This document shows, piece after piece, positions 20,257 through 29,976 of a stretch of DNA of 64,000 bases. A program made the translations under genes and the position numbers. The DNA is from an uncultured Bacilli bacterium. Its GTDB lineage: Bacteria > Bacillota_I > Bacilli_A > RF39 > UBA660. The notes below the pieces were generated by a model. That model did no database searches. It was not told the DNA's origin and saw only the letters and a list, made by a program, of their open reading frames with translations. How positions within the stretch are numbered: the first letter of the stretch is position 1; every line of letters begins with the position of its first letter. The stretch is from the NCBI GenBank assembly GCA_944372455.1, contig CALVZF010000001.1, forward strand, positions 1,815 through 65,814, written 5' to 3'.

Positions 20257-21093
20257 ATGATAACTATTAAAAATAGTTCTATTAATTTAAAAGATACAAT
20301 TACTTGTGGACAATGTTTTAGATTTTTTGAGGAAGAAGATAATAGTTTTACTATTATTTTGAGTGATAGAGTTATAAACATTAAGCAAGTTGATAATGAA
20401 TTAATTATTATTTCAAATAATGAAGATAATTTAGAAAATGTTATTAAAGAATATTTTGATTTAAATACTAATTATGATGAAATTAATAAATATTTGTTAT
20501 CATTAGATGATAAGTTAAAAGAGGCTATTACAGATTCTAAAGGTTTTAAAATATTAAGACAAGATCCTTTTGAAATGTTGATTTCCTATATAATATCTCA
20601 AAATAACAATGTAAAAAGAATAATGAAATCTGTAGATAAATTAGCTTTGAAGTATGGGGAAAAAAGTGAATTTAACAATAAGATATATTACTTATTTCCT
20701 AAATACGAAAAATTAAAAGATATATCAATAGATGATTTAAAAGATATTGGTGTAGGTTTTAGAGATTCATACATTATAAATGCATTAGACCTTATTAAAA
20801 ATAATACTATTAATTTGGATAAAATAAATGACATGAGTACTGATGAAGCGCTAAGTTATTTAGAATTAATAAAAGGGGTAGGTCCTAAAGTGGCTTCTTG
20901 TATTCTACTTTTTTCTTATCATAAATATGATGTTTTTCCTGTGGATACTTGGGTTACTAAAGCTATGTTAGTACTTTATCCTAATATTGAATCAAATCAA
21001 AACAAAATTATAGAGTTTGCAAAAGAAAAATATGGTATTTATTCTGGAGTTGCACTTCAATATATGTATCATTATATGAGAAATTTGAAATAA
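20257..21093 (+). CDS. HhH-GPD DNA glycosylase (Ogg/AlkA-like, 8-oxoguanine glycosylase candidate)
   Basis: OGG-like N-domain, HhH-GPD motif with catalytic Asp (GVGPKVASCILLFSYHKYDVFPVDTWV). Confidence 0.6.
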   Translation: MITIKNSSINLKDTITCGQCFRFFEEEDNSFTIILSDRVINIKQVDNELIIISNNEDNLENVIKEYFDLNTNYDEINKYLLSLDDKLKEAITDSKGFKILRQDPFEMLISYIISQNNNVKRIMKSVDKLALKYGEKSEFNNKIYYLFPKYEKLKDISIDDLKDIGVGFRDSYIINALDLIKNNTINLDKINDMSTDEALSYLELIKGVGPKVASCILLFSYHKYDVFPVDTWVTKAMLVLYPNIESNQNKIIEFAKEKYGIYSGVALQYMYHYMRNLK

Positions 21094-21171
21094 ACATTTT
21101 AGTTTATTTTTTTAATGTTTTAAAAGTGTTTTAAATTTTGTTTACGACTATTATTATTGGGGAGGTAAAAT

Positions 21172-23286
21172 ATGAAAAAAAGAATAATAGTCATTAAACA
21201 AGAAGGTGTAAAAGACTGTGGAGTAGCTTCTTTACTTTCTATAATTAAATATTATGGTGGAAATATTGGTATAGAAAGATTAAGAGAAGAAACAAAAACT
21301 ACTAAGAATGGTACTACTGCTTTTCATTTAATTGATTATGCAAATAAAATAGGATTTAGTTCTAAAGGAATAAAATGTGCAGATATAAATGACTTGAAAT
21401 CTATCACTCTTCCTGCAATTGCTCATTTAGTTATCAATAAATCATATAAACATTATGTAGTAATTTATAAAGTAGATTTTAAACATAATGTAATAACAAT
21501 TATGGATCCTGCCTATGGTGTTAAGAAATTAACTTTTAAAGAGTTTAATAATATTTGGTCAAAAGTTATTATAACTTTTTATCCAATTGGTAAGATATCA
21601 AAATATGAGCAAAATAATAAAATTTATTCCTTAATCAAAAATATTCTTTTATCAAATAAAAGATTAATTTTTTGTACCATTATATTATCAATTTTTGTAA
21701 TAGGGTCAAATATTGTTAATTCTTATTATTTTAAAATTATAATTGATAATTTTTTTGGTAATTCTTTTTATAGTTTTTGTTTTATATCATTTATATTTGC
21801 TTTAATAATATTTTTAAAATTAATAAGTGATTATTTTAGAAATAAATTACTATTTAGCCTTCAACAAAAAATTGATTTTAATTTAATAACCACTTCTTTT
21901 AAACATATTATTAACCTCCCATATAACTATTTTAAAAACCATACTTCTGGAGAATTAATATCGAGAATTAACGATTTAAACTATATTAAAGAAATACTTA
22001 GTAAAATAATACTCAATGTTTTTTTAGATTCTATAATGATAATTTTTATTGCTATTATTTTATTTAATATTAATTTAAAATTATTTATTATAACTATCTT
22101 TATGTGTATGTTATATCTATTGATTGTTATTATCTTTTCTAAACTTTTTAAAAAACAAATTTTAATTTCTCAGATAAAATTTTCTAAAACTAATTCTTAC
22201 ATGTTTGAATGTACTAATGGGTTTGAAACAATAAAAAATATGAATTTAGAGAACAAAATTACTAATAATTTTGAAAATAAATATGTAGATTATCTAGGAC
22301 ATGAATACAAAGTTAGAAATTATAATAATATACAACAATTTTTTAAGAGTTTAATAAATGATATTGGTTCTTTAATAATTCTTTTTACAGGATATGTTTT
22401 AGTACTTCAAAACAAATTAAGTTTAGGGGAACTTATAACTTTCAATGTACTTTTATCATATTTTGTAAATCCTATAAGAAATATTCTTGATTTGGAGCCA
22501 TTAGTTAGATATGCTTTATCATCTTTAAAAAGAATTAATGAAATCTTTGAAATCAAACAAGAAAATCTATGTATTGATAATAAATATAGCGGTTGTAATA
22601 TTAAAGGAGAACTAGAGTTTAAAGGTCTTACATTTTCTTTTAATGATAAAGATAATATTCTAAATAATATAAATCTTAAAATTAGAAAAGGAGAGAGAAT
22701 AGCTATTATTGGTAAAAGTGGGTGTGGAAAATCTACTATGTTAAAATTGATTTTAAGATATAATGATATTAAAAGAAATATGATTTTTATTGATGGTAAA
22801 GATATTAATGATTATAATCTTAAAGAACTTAGAAATAATATTACATATGTATCACAAAACGAAGTATTGTTTAATGATACTATAATGAATAATATTTTGA
22901 TTAAAAATAATTTAGATTATGATACTTTTTTAAATAAGTGTAAATTAACTTTAGTAAATAATATTTGTAACAATAAATATTTAGGTTATGATACTTTATT
23001 AGAGGAAAATGGATTTAACTTATCAGGTGGAGAAAGAGAAAGAATAATTCTTTGTAGGGCTCTTACCAAAAATTCTAATTTAATTATTTTAGATGAAGCT
23101 TTAAATCAAATTGATGTAGATATGGAAAGAAAGATTTTGAAAAATTTATTTAGTTTGACTTTACACAAAACTATTATTGTTGTTTCACATAGGTTAGAAA
23201 ATTTAGATTTATTTGACAGAATTATAACAATGGAAAACGGGAATATCAAAAAAACAAATAAGAGAAGAGTTTATATTAATGGATGA
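21172..23286 (+). CDS. peptidase-C39 ABC transporter (bacteriocin/peptide exporter, ComA/LagD-like)
   Basis: N-terminal C39 domain with catalytic Cys (GVKDCGVASL), 6 TM helices, Walker A GKSGCGKST, signature LSGGERER. Confidence 0.9.
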   Translation: MKKRIIVIKQEGVKDCGVASLLSIIKYYGGNIGIERLREETKTTKNGTTAFHLIDYANKIGFSSKGIKCADINDLKSITLPAIAHLVINKSYKHYVVIYKVDFKHNVITIMDPAYGVKKLTFKEFNNIWSKVIITFYPIGKISKYEQNNKIYSLIKNILLSNKRLIFCTIILSIFVIGSNIVNSYYFKIIIDNFFGNSFYSFCFISFIFALIIFLKLISDYFRNKLLFSLQQKIDFNLITTSFKHIINLPYNYFKNHTSGELISRINDLNYIKEILSKIILNVFLDSIMIIFIAIILFNINLKLFIITIFMCMLYLLIVIIFSKLFKKQILISQIKFSKTNSYMFECTNGFETIKNMNLENKITNNFENKYVDYLGHEYKVRNYNNIQQFFKSLINDIGSLIILFTGYVLVLQNKLSLGELITFNVLLSYFVNPIRNILDLEPLVRYALSSLKRINEIFEIKQENLCIDNKYSGCNIKGELEFKGLTFSFNDKDNILNNINLKIRKGERIAIIGKSGCGKSTMLKLILRYNDIKRNMIFIDGKDINDYNLKELRNNITYVSQNEVLFNDTIMNNILIKNNLDYDTFLNKCKLTLVNNICNNKYLGYDTLLEENGFNLSGGERERIILCRALTKNSNLIILDEALNQIDVDMERKILKNLFSLTLHKTIIVVSHRLENLDLFDRIITMENGNIKKTNKRRVYING

Positions 23287-23713
23287 AATAATTAATATTA
23301 AAGATTATAAAAATTTAGATATATTAGAGTTTAAATATACCCATAAGTATTTAATAGTCTGTTTAGTAATACTAACAATGATTGTTATAATGTTATTAAA
23401 CATTAATGTTAATTTTATGTATGAAAATAAATTGTTAGTTCAAAAGAATTGTATAATTACTTTAATTAATATTGAAGATATAGATTTATTTAATAGAGTT
23501 AACTATATTACTATAGGTAATAAAAAATATAATTTTAAAATTCAATCTTTAAGTATACCTAAAAAAGTTAATAATGATTTTTATCAAGAGTTAAGATTAA
23601 CTTTAAATAATTTTAATTCTACAGAAAATGAAGTTATACCATATAGTATAAATTATGAATCTAAAAAAGTTTTTAAAATAGTTAAAGAAATCTTTAATGA
23701 TAGGAGGGCATGA
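23279..23713 (+). CDS. small membrane protein, bacteriocin accessory or immunity candidate
   Basis: 144 aa with one TM helix; translationally coupled between the exporter and the peptide genes. Confidence 0.35.
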   Translation: MDEIINIKDYKNLDILEFKYTHKYLIVCLVILTMIVIMLLNINVNFMYENKLLVQKNCIITLINIEDIDLFNRVNYITIGNKKYNFKIQSLSIPKKVNNDFYQELRLTLNNFNSTENEVIPYSINYESKKVFKIVKEIFNDRRA

Positions 23714-23850
23714 TGTTATTAAGTAATGAACAATTATTAGAAATTGAAGGAGGTATAAATACACTTACATTTTCTGGGATACTAGGTGGAATTATTTTTT
23801 TAATTGGCATAGTATCTGGATTTGTAAGACCAATTAAATGTTCAAAATAG
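23710..23850 (+). CDS. double-glycine-leader bacteriocin precursor (peptide alpha)
   Basis: RBS TAGGAGGG; leader MMLLSNEQLLEIEGG; mature INTLTFSGILGGIIFLIGIVSGFVRPIKCSK (GxxxG-rich, cationic C-terminus). Not in the ORF track. Confidence 0.65.
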   Translation: MMLLSNEQLLEIEGGINTLTFSGILGGIIFLIGIVSGFVRPIKCSK

Positions 23851-23865
23851 GAGGTTGAAGTAAAA

Positions 23866-24033
23866 ATGGAATTAAAAAAAGAAGAATTATTAAATATAGA
23901 AGGGGGAATCAATCTTTCTGGAACCCTTATATCAGCTTTTACTAAAATTATTACTACAATATTAGATGTTGGTAGAAGTCTAGGTTCAGCACTTAGAAGG
24001 ATTAGTAGTGGTATGGTATGTCCCTTAAGTTAA
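23866..24033 (+). CDS. double-glycine-leader bacteriocin precursor (peptide beta)
   Basis: RBS GGAGG; leader MELKKEELLNIEGG; mature 41 aa peptide with a GxxxG motif and a single Cys. Not in the ORF track. Confidence 0.65.
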   Translation: MELKKEELLNIEGGINLSGTLISAFTKIITTILDVGRSLGSALRRISSGMVCPLS

Positions 24034-24091
24034 TGTGGAATATATTTATATATATTAAAAAGTATTTATTGTACTTTATATAATTTTAAAA

Positions 24092-24122
24092 GGATAATAT
24101 TTAAAAAATATTGTCCTTTTTG
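24092..24122 (+). terminator. rho-independent terminator after the bacteriocin genes
   Basis: GGATAATAT-loop-ATATTGTCC stem (one G-U pair) followed by TTTTT. Confidence 0.55.
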
Positions 24123-24143
24123 TTGAATTTAGGAAACTTTTTA

Positions 24144-24172
24144 TTGTTAATTAAAATTAGTTGTGTTATAAT
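24144..24172 (+). promoter_or_regulatory. putative sigmaA promoter of rpsU
   Basis: TTGTTA - 17 nt - TATAAT, about 30 nt upstream of the rpsU RBS. Confidence 0.4.
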
Positions 24173-24204
24173 TAAGGGCGAAACAAGAAGGGAGGGAAAC
24201 AAAA

Positions 24205-24399
24205 ATGGTACATGTATCAGTTAAAAATGATAATGTTGATGGTGCACTTAAAGTTTTTAAACAAAAATTTGCTAAAAGTGGAGTCCCTTCTGAAATCAAG
24301 AAAAGAAAACACTATGACAAACCTGGGGTAAAAAGAAGATTAGAAAAAAAAGAAGGAATTAAAAATTCTAGAAGAAATGCAAGAAAAAACAGAGACTAA
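24205..24399 (+). CDS. rpsU: 30S ribosomal protein S21
   Basis: 64 aa, highly basic, FKQKFAKSGV...KRKHYDKPGVKRR signature. Confidence 0.9.
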   Translation: MVHVSVKNDNVDGALKVFKQKFAKSGVPSEIKKRKHYDKPGVKRRLEKKEGIKNSRRNARKNRD

Positions 24400-24436
24400 T
24401 AAATCTCTGTTTCTTTAATGTTTTATAAAAAAATAG

Positions 24437-24465
24437 AAAGGTTGCACCCCCTGAGGGCAACCTTT
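24437..24465 (+). terminator. GC-rich stem-loop after rpsU containing the CCCCCTGAGG motif
   Basis: AAAGGTTGC-ACCCCCTGAGG-GCAACCTTT; 9 bp stem, no strong T-run. Confidence 0.4.
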
Positions 24466-24658
24466 CAAAAAAGAATAAAAAGGGGTTGGCTAGTGTGATA
24501 CTAGCACCAATTCGCCTAATTGGGAATTGGTAGTTCCTATACTAATTCATCTTTAAATATTTGTCAACATTTTTTAACATTTTTTTTAATTTTTTTCAAT
24601 ATAGTTTTTTTTAATAGTTATTTTAGTTATAATATTATATAAGAAAAAGGTGATCATC

Positions 24659-26653
24659 ATGGATTTATTAAACGTGTCTGGTATTGGTCCTAAATCAATA
24701 AATCTATTACATAAATTAAATATTTATACGATTTGCGATCTTTTAAATTATTATCCTTTTAGATATGAAATTTTGAAACTTGATAAACTATCTTTAAAAG
24801 CTGATGACGAAAAAGTAATTATAGAAGGATTAATAGAAAAAATTCCAACTGTTATAAGATTAAAAGGAAACATGAATAAAATGAGTTTAAGAGTTTTATC
24901 AGATGATATGTTAGTCAATGTTGTAATTTTTAATAGAGGGTTTATGAAACCTCATTTTCAAATTGGAAAAGAAATTACCATTATTGGTAAATGGAATAAG
25001 CTTAAGAATACTATCACTGCTTCTGATATTAGATTTGAAAAAATTAATGGTGTAAAAATAGAAAGTATTTATAGAACTACTCAAGGTTTAAATAAAAGAA
25101 TGTTATCAAAATATATAGATAATGCAATTAATGGGTGCATTAATGAACTTACTGATTATATACCTTTTTTTCTTTCAAACAAATATAATTTTATGGATAA
25201 AGAACAAGCAATTAAAATAATTCATAATCCGTTTGATATTGAAAGTTTAAAACAAGCACAAATAAGATTAAAATATGAAGAATTATTTGTTTTCATGTTA
25301 AAAATTAATTGTTTAAAACTTAAAAATCAAAAGCAAAACAATGGTTTACAAAGAGAAATAGATTATAATAAAGTAACAGAATTTATTGAACATCTTCCTT
25401 TTAAATTAACTACTGATCAATTAAGTGCAGTTTCAGAAATAAAAGATGATCTAATAAGTCCTAAAAGAATGAATAGATTACTACAAGGAGATGTTGGTAG
25501 TGGTAAAACTATTGTTAGTATTATTGCTTCTTATATAAATTATTTATCTGGTTATCAAACTGCTTTTATGGCACCTACTGAGATATTAGCTACTCAACAT
25601 TTTGAAAATATAAAAAAGTTATTTAATGATTATAATATAAACGTAGAACTATTAACTGGAAGTACAAAGAAGAAAGAAAAAAAACAGATTTATCAAAAAT
25701 TAGAAAATGGCGAAATAGATTTAATTATTGGTACTCATACTTTGATTCAAGACGATATTAAATATAAAAATTTAGGATTAGTTATAACAGATGAACAGCA
25801 CCGATTTGGAGTTAATCAAAGGTCAAATTTGAGCAATAAAGGAATGATGCCAGATATTTTATATATGAGTGCGACTCCAATACCTAGAACTTATGCTTTA
25901 ACTATATATGGAGATATGGATGTATCAAATATAAAGACAAGACCACAAGGTAGAAAAGATATAATAACTTATGTTAAAAATAATAATGAAATTATTGATG
26001 TGTTAAAATTGATGAAACAAGAACTTGATAGTAACCATCAAATTTATATAATAGCTCCACTAATTGAAGAGAGTGAAAGAAGCGATTTAGAAAACGTGTA
26101 TAAATTAGAAACTAATTTTAAAAAAGCTTTTAAAAATAATACTATTGAAATTTTGCATGGAAAAATGAGTTCAGAAGAAAAAGATGACGTAATGAATAAA
26201 TTTTCTAAAAATGAAACTAATATTTTAATTAGTACTACTGTTATAGAAGTTGGTGTAGATGTTAAAAATGCTACTATGATAGTAATTTTTGATGCTAATA
26301 GGTTTGGGCTTTCAACTTTACACCAATTAAGAGGAAGAGTAGGTAGAAATGATTTACAATCATATTGTGTATTAATTAGTGATAAATCAAAAGAACGATT
26401 AGAAATATTAAAAAATACTAACGATGGTTTTGAAATTAGTGAACAAGATTTTAAATTAAGAGGACAAGGAGATTTATTTGGAATAAAACAAAGTGGTGAT
26501 ATGACTTTTAAAATTGCCAATTTGAAAGAAGACTATAAAATATTGTTACAAGCTAAAAATGATTCATTGGAATTTCTTAAAAATGAGGTTTACACTCTTG
26601 ACAATAAGAAAATAATAGATGAAATCCTTGGAAATATTGACAATTTAAACTAA
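24659..26653 (+). CDS. recG: ATP-dependent DNA helicase RecG
   Basis: Wedge domain, Walker A GDVGSGKT, DEQH box (ITDEQHRFG), helicase C motifs (QLRGRVGR). ATG 24659 follows a GGTGA RBS. Confidence 0.9.
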   Translation: MDLLNVSGIGPKSINLLHKLNIYTICDLLNYYPFRYEILKLDKLSLKADDEKVIIEGLIEKIPTVIRLKGNMNKMSLRVLSDDMLVNVVIFNRGFMKPHFQIGKEITIIGKWNKLKNTITASDIRFEKINGVKIESIYRTTQGLNKRMLSKYIDNAINGCINELTDYIPFFLSNKYNFMDKEQAIKIIHNPFDIESLKQAQIRLKYEELFVFMLKINCLKLKNQKQNNGLQREIDYNKVTEFIEHLPFKLTTDQLSAVSEIKDDLISPKRMNRLLQGDVGSGKTIVSIIASYINYLSGYQTAFMAPTEILATQHFENIKKLFNDYNINVELLTGSTKKKEKKQIYQKLENGEIDLIIGTHTLIQDDIKYKNLGLVITDEQHRFGVNQRSNLSNKGMMPDILYMSATPIPRTYALTIYGDMDVSNIKTRPQGRKDIITYVKNNNEIIDVLKLMKQELDSNHQIYIIAPLIEESERSDLENVYKLETNFKKAFKNNTIEILHGKMSSEEKDDVMNKFSKNETNILISTTVIEVGVDVKNATMIVIFDANRFGLSTLHQLRGRVGRNDLQSYCVLISDKSKERLEILKNTNDGFEISEQDFKLRGQGDLFGIKQSGDMTFKIANLKEDYKILLQAKNDSLEFLKNEVYTLDNKKIIDEILGNIDNLN

Positions 26654-26785
26654 TGATTAAAAATTTTAAATTTTATTGGTATAAATATTATTGACATTTA
26701 TTTGAATTTTTAATATTATGTATTTAGCGTGATAGTATTACACGCTCACTCTTACGATTATATGTGAGAGTGTATTCAACCAAAA

Positions 26786-26823
26786 CCCCCTGAAGACGGA
26801 CTTATGTCCGTCGCTTTTTGTTT
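26786..26823 (+). repeat. CCCCCTGAAGAC + hairpin + T-run element (terminator-like), copy B
   Basis: CCCCCTGAAGACGGAC-TTAT-GTCCGTC-GCTTTTTGTTT. Same motif as 32990-33028 with compensatory stem changes. Confidence 0.5.
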
Positions 26824-26841
26824 ATGTACAATTAAAAAATA

Positions 26842-26870
26842 TTGACTTTTAGATAATTAAATAATAGAAT
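26842..26870 (+). promoter_or_regulatory. putative sigmaA promoter of the six-gene operon
   Basis: TTGACT - 17 nt - TAGAAT. Confidence 0.4.
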
Positions 26871-26921
26871 ATTAGTGAATTTTTGGAAATTGTGTTTTCC
26901 TATGGAGAAGACCAACTAGAA

Positions 26922-26956
26922 GGACAAAGGAAACATTTTACTTTTTGTCCTTTTTT
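26922..26956 (+). promoter_or_regulatory. leader terminator/attenuator hairpin in the 5' UTR of the six-gene operon
   Basis: GGACAAAG-loop-CTTTTTGTCC followed by TTTTTT, between the promoter and the RBS of the gene at 26988. Confidence 0.5.
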
Positions 26957-26987
26957 ATAAATTTACAATATTAATGAGAGGTGCAAT

Positions 26988-28115
26988 ATGGTCTGTAATA
27001 TTAAACAAAATACTTTAATAAAGAAGATTCATAAAGATATAGATAGAAAATTTGATAAAGTTATTTATATAAATATTCAGAATTTTTCAATTAATGGCTG
27101 TGCAATCTATCAAAAGAGAAAATGTTTTTTCAAAATAACAGATGAGGATTATTTTATTAAAGAAATAAATGGTTATCTTATTTCTTATAAAGAAATTCCA
27201 ACTATGACCATATTATTTGTAAAGTATTTATCTCATTGTAAAAAATATTTAATTGCTTATAATTTTAATAATAAAGTAAAGGAGAATAGTGGCTTATTAA
27301 ATGATATACTTGTAAAGAATGATAAAACTAATATAAGAGATAAAGCAACAGATAGAGAACTTAAAAATATTTTAGATGCTTATAGTACTATTTATAGTAG
27401 AAAAAAGGTATTTAGAAGTTATTGTCCTAGTAATATATTCTTTATTGAAAGGATAAATTCAAGATTAGACAAATGGTATATGAACTGTAGTGATTTTAAA
27501 AAGTTAATTGTCATAAATGGTAAGTACAACTTTAATTTACAAAACATTTTAAAAGAAACAAAAGAATATTTTTTAAATAATAAAAATAAAAAGTATCAAT
27601 GTATTTTAAGCCAAGGTGATCCAAATACTCTAAATATTTCCTCAACACCGTGTTTTTTTGATTTAGCAACTGCTGGTTATAATCCTATAATTGGTGAATT
27701 AGCTATTACAATTATATCTACTTTAATTTATGACAATTATTTTTGCCCAAAATATCATAGTAAATCGTACTATTTACACGAACTTGCTATTGAACAGTCA
27801 AGTTTATTTGAACCTAATTTACATTATAAATATAATAAATCTAATATTTATATAAATTCCGATATAATAACAAGTGATATAAGAAAAAAATATATTTTAA
27901 GTTATTTAGAAATTTTAAAGAAAAATAATATACATATAGGAAAAGAAATTAAGTATTATATTATAATGAGATTATTGTGTGTTTTTAATGTTAGAAAAAT
28001 GTCAAAAAAAGATTATTATTATTCTCTATATTTAGTATGTTATTTTTATAAAAATATAGACAATAATTTTTATAAATCTATTAGTGATATAATTAATGAA
28101 ATGGGGTGCGTTTAA
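26988..28115 (+). CDS. protein-kinase-like (APH/ChoK-fold) small-molecule phosphotransferase
   Basis: Catalytic loop LSQGDPNTLNI (cf. HGDxHPGNIL) and metal-binding FDLATAG (cf. DFE/DxG). Confidence 0.5.
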   Translation: MVCNIKQNTLIKKIHKDIDRKFDKVIYINIQNFSINGCAIYQKRKCFFKITDEDYFIKEINGYLISYKEIPTMTILFVKYLSHCKKYLIAYNFNNKVKENSGLLNDILVKNDKTNIRDKATDRELKNILDAYSTIYSRKKVFRSYCPSNIFFIERINSRLDKWYMNCSDFKKLIVINGKYNFNLQNILKETKEYFLNNKNKKYQCILSQGDPNTLNISSTPCFFDLATAGYNPIIGELAITIISTLIYDNYFCPKYHSKSYYLHELAIEQSSLFEPNLHYKYNKSNIYINSDIITSDIRKKYILSYLEILKKNNIHIGKEIKYYIIMRLLCVFNVRKMSKKDYYYSLYLVCYFYKNIDNNFYKSISDIINEMGCV

Positions 28116-28802
28116 ATGAATAATAATTATACAGATATAATTGATGATTATATAGAAAATTTGAAAGGGGCACTAGATAATAATCTTGAATTAATTTATA
28201 TAATTGGTAGTAGTGCTACAAAAGATGTAGTTGTTGGTTGGAGTGATATAGACTGTATTATTGTTATTAGTAATTATAATTTTAATGATATAGAAACCAT
28301 TAAAAAAATTTCTAATAGTTATGATATTAAGATAGGTAATACAATTTATTCTAAAAATGAATTTGAAAAGGGATTGTTAGATCAAAAAACTATATATTAT
28401 CTTTTATTAAATCAAGAAAAAATCTTAAATATAGCTTATATAAATTCAAATTTAAAAATACCAAATATAGATTATAATAATTGTAAAAATGCGACTAAAA
28501 CACTTCTTTTTAATGATTTACATAATTGCAAGAGATTATTAACATATATGAATTTAGATAGCGGACAAGTTAAATCTTTATTTAAAAAAATATATGTAAT
28601 TATGAAATCAATTCTAATATTACATAATTATAGACCGAAAAATTATAAAGAAACTTTTAATATGTTTAGCACTAACTTTAACTATGAATATTTTGATTAC
28701 CTTAAATTTATAGAAGATTTTAAAATGAATCAAGTAGACGAAAAAAAACTTAAAAATTATGCTTTTAAATTAATAGTATATGTTACTGATAAGATTTTAT
28801 AA
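28116..28802 (+). CDS. Pol-beta-superfamily nucleotidyltransferase (ANT/Lnu/AadA-like: NTase + helical C-domain)
   Basis: GSSATKD-x6-SDIDCIIVI minimal NTase motif (GS...D.D); start codon abuts the upstream stop. Confidence 0.55.
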   Translation: MNNNYTDIIDDYIENLKGALDNNLELIYIIGSSATKDVVVGWSDIDCIIVISNYNFNDIETIKKISNSYDIKIGNTIYSKNEFEKGLLDQKTIYYLLLNQEKILNIAYINSNLKIPNIDYNNCKNATKTLLFNDLHNCKRLLTYMNLDSGQVKSLFKKIYVIMKSILILHNYRPKNYKETFNMFSTNFNYEYFDYLKFIEDFKMNQVDEKKLKNYAFKLIVYVTDKIL

Positions 28803-28830
28803 TTCATATTCCAGGGAGGTGGAAGTAGCA

Positions 28831-29976
28831 ATGAATATGCCAAGACAATTTGATGATTTTGTTACATTTTTTGATATTGGAATAGAAAATATTAATCAAG
28901 AACAGTTTAGAACTTTGTACTGTGTTATGTCCGAAACCGTGAAGAAAAGAAATAATATTACTAGATTAGCATTACAATATTTATTAGATAAAGAGAAACT
29001 TACACAAGAAGAAAAAAATATTGCAACAACTATACTTGATGATAGTTATTATCAGAAACCTAATAGATATGAACATTGTAAACTATGTTCTGATGATTTT
29101 AATAGAGAAATACTGGCAAAATATAGTAATAGATTTAGGTTTTGGGAATTGTGCTTTCCAACTGTCCCATATTTTCCTGCTAATATGATGGTATATTTAA
29201 AAAATAGACAATTTATTCATAAAGAAAATTTTCAAGATTTAACAATAGAAGAACTAGAAGAATTAAAATATATTATAAGTAATTTAAAGGAAACTTTAAA
29301 TAATAATGTATTTAATGGTGAACTTACAGGTATAAATGTTTTGTTTAATCAAATATCTAAATCACAATTATGTATTCATGGGCACATAGAGTTGATGATA
29401 AGAAATATTGATAAATTAAATTATGGATGTACTTTGCTTAAAACTAGAAATTATGACCCTGTTGTTGAGAAAATAAATAATAAAATGAAAAGAAAAACAG
29501 GAGTTATACCAACATTAGAAGGTATTAGAATAAATATGAGCAATGTTAGTGATAAAATAGCATTAGATTATATAAATGAATATGAAAATAATTTATTAGA
29601 TATTATAAGATTAGGTAATGAATTAAGAAAGGGACAGCAAAAGGTAAATGGTGATTTTGATATGCTGTTGTTGAACGGCTTGAGTCCAGCACCTACAGAT
29701 TCAATATATTTAACTGATTACAGAGGAGAGTTGTTTTTATCAGCTGTTCCTGAAATTATACCACCAACTATTAATATTTCTGAAGTTGGGGATTTAAATG
29801 ATGCAGAAAATATGTATTTAATTAAATATAATGCTACAACACCTAATAGTAAATATGCAATTATGAAAAAGTATAGTCCATTAGTTAGACCGAGTAGTAA
29901 AGTTCCTTATGAAATGTCATATACCGAAAATGTAAAAGTGTTGACAAGAAAGATAGGTGATGTATTAAATATATGA
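28831..29976 (+). CDS. hypothetical enzyme, possible HIT/GalT-like nucleotidyl transferase or phosphorylase
   Basis: H-G-H-I-E motif (CIHGHIELM) reminiscent of HxHxQ/HxHxH; otherwise no clear domain. ATG 28831 follows a GGGAGGTGGA RBS. Confidence 0.3.
   Translation: MNMPRQFDDFVTFFDIGIENINQEQFRTLYCVMSETVKKRNNITRLALQYLLDKEKLTQEEKNIATTILDDSYYQKPNRYEHCKLCSDDFNREILAKYSNRFRFWELCFPTVPYFPANMMVYLKNRQFIHKENFQDLTIEELEELKYIISNLKETLNNNVFNGELTGINVLFNQISKSQLCIHGHIELMIRNIDKLNYGCTLLKTRNYDPVVEKINNKMKRKTGVIPTLEGIRINMSNVSDKIALDYINEYENNLLDIIRLGNELRKGQQKVNGDFDMLLLNGLSPAPTDSIYLTDYRGELFLSAVPEIIPPTINISEVGDLNDAENMYLIKYNATTPNSKYAIMKKYSPLVRPSSKVPYEMSYTENVKVLTRKIGDVLNI

Noticed and set aside
23694-23912. 72 aa ORF on the minus strand spanning the bacteriocin peptide genes
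   Set aside because: It is antisense to two + strand ORFs that have RBSs and canonical GG leaders. It is low-complexity with no RBS, so it is almost certainly spurious.
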